A stretch of 32,000 nt of DNA from an archaeon (GCA_035390665.1 DAOOUC010000007.1:1-32000), one strand, 5' to 3'; positions 17,541 through 25,788 are shown, counted from the stretch's first letter. Program-made: numbers and translations. The notes: generated by a model not told the origin, from the sequence alone.

Positions 17541-18122
17541 ATGAAATTTGAAAATATTATTCTAAATAAACCAGAAGATGTCGTGTCTTTTCTAAAAAGA
17601 GAAGATTTGATTAATCAACTATATGAAATAGAATATACTACCAATCTGACTTATAGTTCGAAAGAAAAATTTATTGAAAGATTAAAAGAAAACCTATATC
17701 TTGAAACTCTTAATTCTAAAGAAATGGGCGTTTATTTTAATTTATTACATGAAAATAAAAAAATAATTGGTTTTTCTATATCAAATAAAGAAGATAAAGA
17801 AAGAGCATATATTGGAAGAATTGCAATTAGAAAAGAATATCAAGGTAAAGGTCTTGGAAAGAAATTATTGATTAATACTGTTGCAAAATTAAGAGTAAAG
17901 GGTTTTACTTATATTGATTTAACTGCAAAACCAGCATTACATAAGCCATTAAAACAAATAACTGGCCAATCAAATATTGGGAAATCAAGACGAAAATTTA
18001 ATTCTGATTTTAAGTATTCTATAAATAATAGAAAATTTAATCCAGAAAGTAATAAGCCGATTACAATTACAATAAAAAAACAAAAAAGGAAAATTCCTGT
18101 TTATAGGCCACGAATAAAATAG
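17541..18122 (+). CDS. GNAT-family N-acetyltransferase with a basic C-terminal tail
   Basis: The acetyl-CoA binding motif A is RIAIRKEYQGKGLGKKLL. The ATG at 17541 is preferred over the in-frame TTG at 17532. The Lys/Arg-rich tail reads KKQKRKIPVYRPRIK. Confidence 0.72.
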   Translation: MKFENIILNKPEDVVSFLKREDLINQLYEIEYTTNLTYSSKEKFIERLKENLYLETLNSKEMGVYFNLLHENKKIIGFSISNKEDKERAYIGRIAIRKEYQGKGLGKKLLINTVAKLRVKGFTYIDLTAKPALHKPLKQITGQSNIGKSRRKFNSDFKYSINNRKFNPESNKPITITIKKQKRKIPVYRPRIK

Positions 18123-18128
18123 ATAATT

Positions 18129-18509
18129 TTAACATTCTCCTTCTTTTAATATTGGTACATTGTCTGCTGTACATGCGTTTCCATAAGTAACTCCATTAAC
18201 TCCACAAACAGGCATATATTCCATTGTACAAACCTTTCCTTCTGTTGGAGGATATTGCCCTTTAAAACATTCTTCTCTATAAAGCTTCCATTCTTCACAT
18301 TGAGATCCATCTTCAAATGTACAGATTCCATATTCTCCATGTTCTGAATTGACAATATTTAATGTACCTCCAAGATTTTTACAATAAACAGAAGCAGGGT
18401 TTGCAATTTCAGTTGTATTCTTTTCTGAAAAAATTAAAAATCCTGCAACAATTCCTGATACAAAAACAATTGCCATAATTATTCCTATTATTATTCTTTT
18501 ATTTATCAT
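18129..18509 (-). CDS. Membrane-anchored DUF333 (COG3042, 'putative hemolysin') domain fused to a Kazal-type serine protease inhibitor domain
   Basis: An N-terminal TM helix is followed by NPASVYCKNLGGTLNIVNSEHGEYGICTFEDGSQCEEWKLYREEC, the canonical DUF333 pattern. Next comes CTMEYMPVCGVNGVTYGNACTADNVPILKEGEC (Kazal C..Y.PVCG..G.TY.N.C..C). An AGGTGA Shine-Dalgarno sits 8 nt upstream. The ATG overlaps the upstream stop (ATGA at 18506-18509). Confidence 0.75.
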   Translation of the reverse strand: MINKRIIIGIIMAIVFVSGIVAGFLIFSEKNTTEIANPASVYCKNLGGTLNIVNSEHGEYGICTFEDGSQCEEWKLYREECFKGQYPPTEGKVCTMEYMPVCGVNGVTYGNACTADNVPILKEGEC

Positions 18510-19375
18510 TTATTTTCACCTTTTTTAAATACTTCTCCAAGGAAAAGTTTATTACTTACTCCGTATTTTTTTATATCAATATATCCTTTATCTATTAGTT
18601 TTTTAATATTTCTTGAAACTGTGCCTTTAGGCAAGAAACTTTTAGCAGTTATTATTTTTTGAGATTGTCCTTCGTTTTCAATAATTATCTTCATAATCTT
18701 TTGTTCATTCTCATTTAGTCCCAAAAGTAAATCTTTTCCTTTTTCTGTAGTTTTTATTTCTTTTTTAGTTTTTGGTTTCTTTTTAATTAATAGGTATGCC
18801 CCAACTAAAATAATTGGAATAATTAATAAATAATAATAATAATTATTAGATTCAACATTCTTTAAATCATAATTAATATTTATTTCTTTGATATCTTTAA
18901 AAGAAATAACAATTTGTCCATTGATTACTTGAACCGAAGAAGAGATGGGCGTTTCTTTTATTTCTGAATTTTTGGGTAGAGTTATTTTTAAGTTATTAGA
19001 TGTGTCTAAATATCTAGATTTATAATTTAGATTCCAAAGTCCATTATTTTTATTTGTGTAATAATCAGTAAGAGAGATGATTTCTATATTTAATGTTTCT
19101 GGTATGTTGCTTAGGTTAATTGTTAATAATTCAGTTGTGTATGAAAAATTAGAATATTTTTGATTATTAATCTTTACAACAACATCATAGCTTGGAACAA
19201 TTGGTAATTCTAATTTTTCTGAATTAATGTCTGTAATTATTAATTTTTCTGAAATTTTATAACTATCAAATTTATCTGCAAATATTTCTGTGTCTTGAGA
19301 TATAACATTGTATGCATAATTATAATTAATTATTGTAATAAAAACAAAAAATATTAATATTTGTTTCTTAATCAT
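18506..19375 (-). CDS. Membrane-tethered winged-helix (MarR/ArsR-like) transcription regulator with an extracytoplasmic N-terminal domain
   Basis: A signal/anchor (ILIFFVFITIINY) is followed by an outside domain of about 150 aa and a TM helix (YYYYLLIIPIILVGAYLLI + KKKPKTKK). The cytoplasmic wHTH reads LNENEQKIMKIIIENEGQSQKIITAKSFLPKGTVSRNIKKLIDKGYIDIKKYG. Confidence 0.65.
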   Translation of the reverse strand: MIKKQILIFFVFITIINYNYAYNVISQDTEIFADKFDSYKISEKLIITDINSEKLELPIVPSYDVVVKINNQKYSNFSYTTELLTINLSNIPETLNIEIISLTDYYTNKNNGLWNLNYKSRYLDTSNNLKITLPKNSEIKETPISSSVQVINGQIVISFKDIKEININYDLKNVESNNYYYYLLIIPIILVGAYLLIKKKPKTKKEIKTTEKGKDLLLGLNENEQKIMKIIIENEGQSQKIITAKSFLPKGTVSRNIKKLIDKGYIDIKKYGVSNKLFLGEVFKKGENK

Positions 19376-19452
19376 AATTATTCACTAATATTATATTACA
19401 ATCATATATTTAAAGTTACTTTTTTTAAAAAAAATAAAAAAAGAAGAGAAAT

Positions 19453-20451
19453 TTATTCTTTAATTTCTCTTATAGCAGATATTCTTTTTTGTATTATCTT
19501 TTCTCCGAAAGGAATAAACCCTAAGAATTTCTTTTTTTCTTTAACTTCAAAAACATATTCTGGATTTTCTGATTCTGTTTCTAAAATAATTTCTCCGATT
19601 ATCTTTTCAGAATCAATTTTGTTTTCTTGAAGTATTTGTGTTACAGGTATTATCTTTTTTGTAGAGTTATTGTTTGTTATATAAATTTCAGAATCCTTTA
19701 TTTCCATTTGAGATCTTGTTCTTAATTGTTCTTTTGGTTTTTCTGCAGTTGTTAATTCTTCTTTGTTTGGTTTAGAATTTTGTGCATTAGGGTTTGCTTG
19801 TATTTGATTTTGATTTCTGGCTCTTGCATTTTCTGCAACAATTCCAGAATTGTCAGAATCAATAATTAAATAATGTATGTTTCCAAGATTATTCCCTTGA
19901 ATTTCGGTTCCATCATTTAGTTTGATTGTGGCTTTAAATTTAAGCAATTTATCTATTCCACAAGAATTAATAAATCCAGTCATATTTTCTTGTGCAAATT
20001 CTTCTGTATCGTTTTCTTTTACATAACCAATCTTTCCATGAAATAAAGAATCTGTTGAGCTTTTGCTTAATTTTCTTGTAAAACAAGCTTGTTCTTGTCC
20101 GTCTGTAAAAATTTCAAGAACTACCAATTCTATTTCTGAAAGATTAATAGTTTTAGTATTAGCAATAGGCAATAATTCTAAATCTAAATAATAGCCTTCA
20201 TTTTTCTTTAAATGATAGGTATTAGTTTCAGAATTAAAATAAGCACTAGAATTACATCTTTCTTTATATGGCCCAGTATAATTTTGATCAAAACGCACAG
20301 GTACAACAATTTGTGCTCTGTCTATTGCACAAGGAATTTGAAGTTCATAACTCATAGCTTCTTGAGCATAAAGTTTAGGAACAACAGCAAGTGCAAAGAT
20401 TGTTAATGCAAATATTGCAACCACATAATTTATTATTTTTTTTTCATTCAT
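19453..20451 (-). CDS. Secreted hypothetical protein; the C-terminal about 70 aa is PepSY-like (tentative)
   Basis: It has a signal peptide (VVAIFALTIFALAVVPKLYAQE) and a strong Shine-Dalgarno (TAAGGAGGAAAAATATG). The low-complexity linker is NARARNQNQIQANPNAQNSKPNKEE. The C-terminal EYVFEVKEKKKFLGFIPFGEKIIQKRISA resembles the YEV..K.KLFGFIPv...V pattern of PepSY-type domains, which is weak evidence. Confidence 0.55.
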   Translation of the reverse strand: MNEKKIINYVVAIFALTIFALAVVPKLYAQEAMSYELQIPCAIDRAQIVVPVRFDQNYTGPYKERCNSSAYFNSETNTYHLKKNEGYYLDLELLPIANTKTINLSEIELVVLEIFTDGQEQACFTRKLSKSSTDSLFHGKIGYVKENDTEEFAQENMTGFINSCGIDKLLKFKATIKLNDGTEIQGNNLGNIHYLIIDSDNSGIVAENARARNQNQIQANPNAQNSKPNKEELTTAEKPKEQLRTRSQMEIKDSEIYITNNNSTKKIIPVTQILQENKIDSEKIIGEIILETESENPEYVFEVKEKKKFLGFIPFGEKIIQKRISAIREIKE

Positions 20452-20462
20452 ATTTTTCCTCC

Positions 20463-20582
20463 TTAAATTTTTGTTTTTATTCTTAGTATTGTAAATAATA
20501 ATGTTATTACAATAGCAAGGTAAATAAAAATAGCCAAAAAATATTGTCTAATTTTTCTTGCTGGACAACTTAATTTTTTCAT
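20463..20582 (-). CDS. Candidate 39-aa single-TM micro-protein leading the minus-strand operon
   Basis: It is not in the ORF track because it is too short. It reads MKKLSCPARKIRQYFLAIFIYLAIVITLLFTILRIKTKI and is preceded by GAGGTGAAATAAAAATG (good Shine-Dalgarno and spacing). It ends 11 nt before the next gene's start. Confidence 0.35.
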   Translation of the reverse strand: MKKLSCPARKIRQYFLAIFIYLAIVITLLFTILRIKTKI

Positions 20583-20620
20583 TTTTATTTCACCTCGCTT
20601 TATTTTTTTTTCTTAAAGGG

Positions 20621-20645
20621 GATTTAATGGCATTGTCATTAAATC
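20621..20645. promoter_or_regulatory. Perfect 9-bp inverted repeat with 7-nt spacer (operator or leader hairpin candidate)
   Basis: The sequence is GATTTAATG-gcattgt-CATTAAATC. It lies in the divergent intergenic region, 39-63 nt upstream of the micro-ORF ATG. Confidence 0.35.
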
Positions 20646-20690
20646 GTTTGTTTATACAAAACTTATGATTTTTTCTATTTAAATACTTTT

Positions 20691-20721
20691 AGCGAAACTT
20701 AGTGAAACTTAGTGAAAACTA
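20691..20721. repeat. Three tandem about-10-bp direct repeats AG(C/T)GAAA(A)CTT in the divergent promoter region
   Basis: The copies are agcgaaactt / agtgaaactt / agtgaaaact(a). Their roughly helical-turn periodicity is typical of iterated regulator-binding sites. They lie about 95-125 nt upstream of the giant gene ATG. Confidence 0.45.
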
Positions 20722-20760
20722 CAGAAATATACTGGAATTTAGGGAAGATATTATGAAATG

Positions 20761-20768
20761 TTTATATA
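20761..20768 (+). promoter_or_regulatory. TATA-box-like element upstream of the giant gene (archaeal promoter candidate)
   Basis: TTTATATA lies about 50 nt upstream of the ATG at 20814. Several alternative AT-rich boxes are nearby, so the assignment is weak. Confidence 0.25.
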
Positions 20769-20813
20769 TTTTTATATCTTATATATTATATATCTCTAAG
20801 AAGTGAAAAGATT

Positions 20814-23800
20814 ATGAAATATACAAAAATACTATCTATAATTCTTATAATTTTAATATTGCCTTTTATCTTTGCAGAAGATGAAGGCAATTCTATTATT
20901 GTTCCTTTGGCAATAAATGGAACAGAAGGAGAATTAGATGTTTTTACAATACAAACAAACTATCCAGAAATAGAACTTGATGAATCTCAAGACCTAATTA
21001 CAAGTTTTTCTTCTTTTGATCAGAATTCATCATTTTCTTTAAATTCTCAAGTTAATTATAAATCTCTTAATATTCCTCATTATTTCTTAAAAGAAAATCA
21101 AAATACTAAAAAAAGAATATATCCATTTAACCAAGGAAGAACTTATGTAATAAATAATTCTTCGCAAGAAATTGCAAAAGACAAAACCTTAGAGCTTAAA
21201 TTAAATTTGTCTAATACCACACAAAAAGTTTATTTAATTATTGACCAAGCGCAATCAAATCCAATACCAGCTATGACTCAATTTGTAAATATTAGTTCTT
21301 CAACAATTGAGATTAACACCATTCCAAGATATCTAAAAATAAATAAAAGTTCAATTGTAAATGGCAAACTACTTTTAAATCTTAAAGCTAATATTCCTAA
21401 TTTTTCTTTACAAATAATAGAATTGGATAATAATCAAAAAGTTAGTGGAGTTTATAGTACAAATATTTTACAATTAGATTATGATTCTTTTAACAAATAT
21501 ACTTTATTTCAGATAAATAGAAACCTTATTGAATTTTATTGTCCTTATTGTCATCTTAAAGACTATGGGATAAATGAAAATGGTTTTTCTTCTTGTGGCA
21601 AGTCTGTTTTTGAACAAGAGAAGAAATCAATAACGGAATATTTAAGTGCGAAAGAAAATGTTTGTCTTTTACCAGATGGTTCAAGGATCTCTGGTTTTAC
21701 AAATGAGTCCTTGGAATTATTTGGTTTGAATAGATTATATTTTGAATGGAATGATAATATTCCTTCTGATTTCTTTGATTATGGAGAATACTATGTAGAT
21801 CAAGATCAACTAAGAATTGCAGTTTCTAAAAAATTAGATGAGATAAGTAATAATAATTATGTTGAAATTGAAACTACAAAATACAAAAAAGGAAAAAACA
21901 CCTTAATTTCAAAAGTTGGAACAGATATAGAATATGACTTGTCTGAAGTTACAGAACTTTCAACAAACAGTTCAATAAACGAGTCATTGGATTTTTCTAT
22001 TGCAGTATTAAATTCAATTCCCGAAGAATATAAAAAATTAACAATAATTGATTTAACAAATAATGAACCATCTGTAAGTGTTTCTGAATTTGATAGAATA
22101 ATGCAAGAGATTTTAGTTTCAAATTATTATAAAGTAACAGACTATCACACACATTATCAAATAACTCTTGAGAAATATTTAAGTTCAATTAGTAATTTTA
22201 AAATATCAAGAGCAAATAACGATATTTATTCTAAACTTTTATATGGCCTAGAATATAAAACACAAGGTTATTCTAATGTTTATTTATCAGAAGGATTAAA
22301 TTATTTTATATATAATATTAAACCATTTGGAGAAGATATAGAAGCAATTCTAAATAATGAGCACACACAATTGTTTGGAAACTATTGGAAACTAAATCTT
22401 TTAGATAATAACCAAACCACACAACCAAAAACAGTTATTGTAAATCTTTCAGAGATTGTTCCTGAAAGAAAAGAAGCAAATATTAGTTTTAATGATCCAA
22501 CTACAGATTTATATGTTAATTATTATTCAGGAAATCAATATTTTTCTAATAATCCTTTATTTTTAATGCCACTAAATGTATTAAGTTACAATCGTGGAAA
22601 CTTTTTTGAGAATACTACGTCTGTTACTTCAAAGCAACCAGATATCATAAACAATTATAATAATCTCCAAGAAGGCAAAATTGTTTCTATAGATACAACA
22701 AGTTCTGATTTTGTAATTAATTTAACAAAACCAATAATTATTACTAAAGATACTGGAGAAGAAATTTTAGTAAAGTATTATAATGGTAGAGAATATGTTA
22801 ATTATTCTAATAATTTAATAAAAGTAAATAATTCAAGAGAAGACTTTCCAACTAAAGAAACAATTGTTATTTATCCGCCAAAGTCAGAATTTGTAAATTT
22901 TCCATTAATTGTTGAATCATCAACTCCTTTAATTTTTAATAAAGAAGTTATTGAAAATAAAGAGCAAGAAAAATATGTATATAGATTAAATTCAGAAACT
23001 CAGAATTTAAGCTTTTCTGAATTAATAAACAATATTTCAAATAATCAAACTTGTTTTTCAGTTATAGATAATAGTTTTTCTTTATGGATAAATGTTGATC
23101 AAGAATTAGATGTTACAAAATCTTATAGTTATCAAGAATTTGCAAGTGCTTTACAATCAGAAGAAAATAGTCCTTCTGAAAGTCTTGCAACAACTTTAAA
23201 TCAAAACCCCGAAGTAAATACAACCTTTGCAGTATATACAATTGATGAATCTCAAAATCTTTACAAACAAGTACAAGCAGTTAATTCTTATATTCAAACA
23301 GAAACAGAGACAAGGAATTTAAAAATTTTAGAAAGTTATAATGAAGTATATCAAAAAGTATTAGAAAGTGAGCCTGCATTAAAAAAAGACTTTATAAATT
23401 TATTAAATTGTAATGAAACTTTAATTTGTAGGATTTCAAAAACAAGATTTACTCCAGAGGGTTCCTTCTTTGAGAGATTTAAAAATGTGTGCATAGACAA
23501 TACTCCTACAGAATGTGTAAGTTTCTGGTCAAATCCAAAAGTAAGTTATTGTTCTGCATTTATTAGAAATTTTAATAATTATTATTTTGGATATAGATTT
23601 GATTCTGCAAATGCTTGGGATTTAGCTAAACAACAAAATAATAAAAGTATTTGGAAGGCAACAACCGGCTCTCTTTCGGAAAGTAGTTATGATTATTTAA
23701 TTCCTGGTTCTGTTCTTGGAATTAAGCACAATAATACAAGTTATTGGGATAAAGAATATAGTCATGTTGTTGTTTATTTAGGGAAAATGGGTTCTAGTCA

Positions 23801-25787
23801 TTATATTATTCATTCTTGGTTAAATACCTTAAAAATTGAAAAACTAGATGTTTTCTTAAAAACAACAGCCAGAGGAAAAAATGCATATGGGTATTATGAA
23901 GATGGGCAAATAAAAGAAGTAATGATTTCAAATAACCTTTATCAGAAATTAAGAACAAAAGCTAGAATTGAAGGAATTTCTCTTGGTTCTGTTGATTCTT
24001 CTATTTATCAAGGCATTGTTTCTAATTACATATTAGATTCATTTAACAATTTTGAAATGGTTTCAACAACTCAGAGAAGCACACTAAATCAAAATATGTA
24101 TCAGGAATTAGAGGTTGTTTATAATAGAATTTTAAATAAGGACTTTAGTATTTATTATAAAACAAACTATTCTAATAATTCAACACCAGAAGTAAATCAA
24201 AACATAAGATTAACACCAGGAGAGCCAATGATAATAATTCTTGGCAAATATAAAAAAGTATTTTTAGTTAATAAAGAGAATGGAATAACTAATATTATTT
24301 CTGAATATCCAATAGCAACAGGAGTTAATGGTTTTGGTTGTGTGAACGATAGTTTAAAAACACCAATTGGGCTATTTAAAATTGTACAAAAAGTTGGACA
24401 AAATTGTAGTCCTTTACAAGTTATAGGTGCTAATGGTTGTCAATATCAAAACGGAAACCCCGTACTTGCAAGTTATAATTCAGGAACAGCTAAAGTTGTA
24501 ACCAGAAAACTTGTTCTTGATGGTCTTGAAAAAGAAAATATTGGTGTTGGTTGTGACACAGGTAATAGAAACACAATATATAGAGGGATATTTATACACG
24601 GAACAAATTATGAAAACTCAATGGGACAACAAAGATCTCATGGTTGTATTAGAATGTTAAATAATGATGTTATTACTTTGTTTAACAATGTGCAAAACGG
24701 AACGTATGTTTATATTTATAATTCTGAAACAAGTTATTCAAGTCTTTTAGATTTAGAAAACAAATTAACAAATTCAGGAAACAACTTAGAATTCACATTA
24801 ACTAGTGCAAGAAAACCATCAAATTCTAGAATTACAGCAACGAAGACAATGCAAGATGTTGACAATTATATTGATGAAAGAATAAATACATTTAGAATGT
24901 TAGATAATACAACAGGAGTAAGTCTAAGTTATGGTAGAGAATGTAACACAACAACCTTGAAGTTTCCTTGTTTTTTAAAAGAAGCCTTAGATGTAGAATA
25001 TGATGCACATGTAATAAATCCACAATCTTCTGAGTTTAATTATATTGTTTTTAGAGTAACTAAAGCTTTTGGTTATACTTTAGAAGAAACAGCACAATTT
25101 TGGGGAAGTCTTTCTCAAGAGAGTGGAACTTCAACAAACATAAGTGGATCACAATCACAATATGGTAATTCTCTTACAGGAAAACCAGCATATGGTATTG
25201 CACAAATAGAAAAAGCACCATGGTCACAATATAATGCAAATAGATACACATTTGACGAAATGGTTCAAGATTTTAATTCTGTAGATTTATCTAGTATTAT
25301 TGAAAGAGACCCTAGAATTGGAACCGTTACAGGCAGTAATAATAAAATAGACAGTAGAACAGAAATAATTGCTTTATTAGATTTAATTTGGACAAATAAA
25401 AGTAAATATGCATCTGTTGTTTTTTCTGCAGGATTAAAAAGATATATTGGTAGAAAGATAATTACAACTTCTCAAATTAATTACAATTCTGGAACAATAA
25501 GAGAGCCGTTTTGGCATGCTCATAGAACGACATACGATCATTTAAATTCAATTAATTTTAATTTTGCTGTAATTTATAAATATAAATATACAGGAACTCA
25601 AAGAATGTATGATGGTATAAAAAGATATTCTGGATTAGATGGCGGAGAAGACACAATTAAAACAATTGCATTAAAGCTTGCAAATTATCTTGCTTTTAAA
25701 AAAGAATATTATATGTATAAATATGGAATAATAAATGGAAATCATTCTGATTTATTGGCAAGTATGATAAATGCAGGGATAATTTAA
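20814..25787 (+). CDS. Giant (1657 aa) secreted/surface protein with NlpC/P60-like cysteine peptidase, YkuD L,D-transpeptidase and SLT-like lytic transglycosylase modules
   Basis: It has an N-terminal signal/anchor (ILSIILIILILPFIFA) and about 880 aa of N/S/T-rich sequence of unknown fold. YCSAFIRNF...SHVVVYLGKMGSSHYIIHSW (Cys913/His984) looks like NlpC/P60. IFIHGTNYENSMGQQRSHGCIRMLNNDV (Cys1278) is the YkuD motif. SQESG..AYGIAQI..INYNSGT (Glu1436) follows the E-S / G-L-M-Q / Y-N-x-G order of SLT domains. Confidence 0.85.
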   Translation: MKYTKILSIILIILILPFIFAEDEGNSIIVPLAINGTEGELDVFTIQTNYPEIELDESQDLITSFSSFDQNSSFSLNSQVNYKSLNIPHYFLKENQNTKKRIYPFNQGRTYVINNSSQEIAKDKTLELKLNLSNTTQKVYLIIDQAQSNPIPAMTQFVNISSSTIEINTIPRYLKINKSSIVNGKLLLNLKANIPNFSLQIIELDNNQKVSGVYSTNILQLDYDSFNKYTLFQINRNLIEFYCPYCHLKDYGINENGFSSCGKSVFEQEKKSITEYLSAKENVCLLPDGSRISGFTNESLELFGLNRLYFEWNDNIPSDFFDYGEYYVDQDQLRIAVSKKLDEISNNNYVEIETTKYKKGKNTLISKVGTDIEYDLSEVTELSTNSSINESLDFSIAVLNSIPEEYKKLTIIDLTNNEPSVSVSEFDRIMQEILVSNYYKVTDYHTHYQITLEKYLSSISNFKISRANNDIYSKLLYGLEYKTQGYSNVYLSEGLNYFIYNIKPFGEDIEAILNNEHTQLFGNYWKLNLLDNNQTTQPKTVIVNLSEIVPERKEANISFNDPTTDLYVNYYSGNQYFSNNPLFLMPLNVLSYNRGNFFENTTSVTSKQPDIINNYNNLQEGKIVSIDTTSSDFVINLTKPIIITKDTGEEILVKYYNGREYVNYSNNLIKVNNSREDFPTKETIVIYPPKSEFVNFPLIVESSTPLIFNKEVIENKEQEKYVYRLNSETQNLSFSELINNISNNQTCFSVIDNSFSLWINVDQELDVTKSYSYQEFASALQSEENSPSESLATTLNQNPEVNTTFAVYTIDESQNLYKQVQAVNSYIQTETETRNLKILESYNEVYQKVLESEPALKKDFINLLNCNETLICRISKTRFTPEGSFFERFKNVCIDNTPTECVSFWSNPKVSYCSAFIRNFNNYYFGYRFDSANAWDLAKQQNNKSIWKATTGSLSESSYDYLIPGSVLGIKHNNTSYWDKEYSHVVVYLGKMGSSHYIIHSWLNTLKIEKLDVFLKTTARGKNAYGYYEDGQIKEVMISNNLYQKLRTKARIEGISLGSVDSSIYQGIVSNYILDSFNNFEMVSTTQRSTLNQNMYQELEVVYNRILNKDFSIYYKTNYSNNSTPEVNQNIRLTPGEPMIIILGKYKKVFLVNKENGITNIISEYPIATGVNGFGCVNDSLKTPIGLFKIVQKVGQNCSPLQVIGANGCQYQNGNPVLASYNSGTAKVVTRKLVLDGLEKENIGVGCDTGNRNTIYRGIFIHGTNYENSMGQQRSHGCIRMLNNDVITLFNNVQNGTYVYIYNSETSYSSLLDLENKLTNSGNNLEFTLTSARKPSNSRITATKTMQDVDNYIDERINTFRMLDNTTGVSLSYGRECNTTTLKFPCFLKEALDVEYDAHVINPQSSEFNYIVFRVTKAFGYTLEETAQFWGSLSQESGTSTNISGSQSQYGNSLTGKPAYGIAQIEKAPWSQYNANRYTFDEMVQDFNSVDLSSIIERDPRIGTVTGSNNKIDSRTEIIALLDLIWTNKSKYASVVFSAGLKRYIGRKIITTSQINYNSGTIREPFWHAHRTTYDHLNSINFNFAVIYKYKYTGTQRMYDGIKRYSGLDGGEDTIKTIALKLANYLAFKKEYYMYKYGIINGNHSDLLASMINAGII

Positions 25788-25788
25788 T

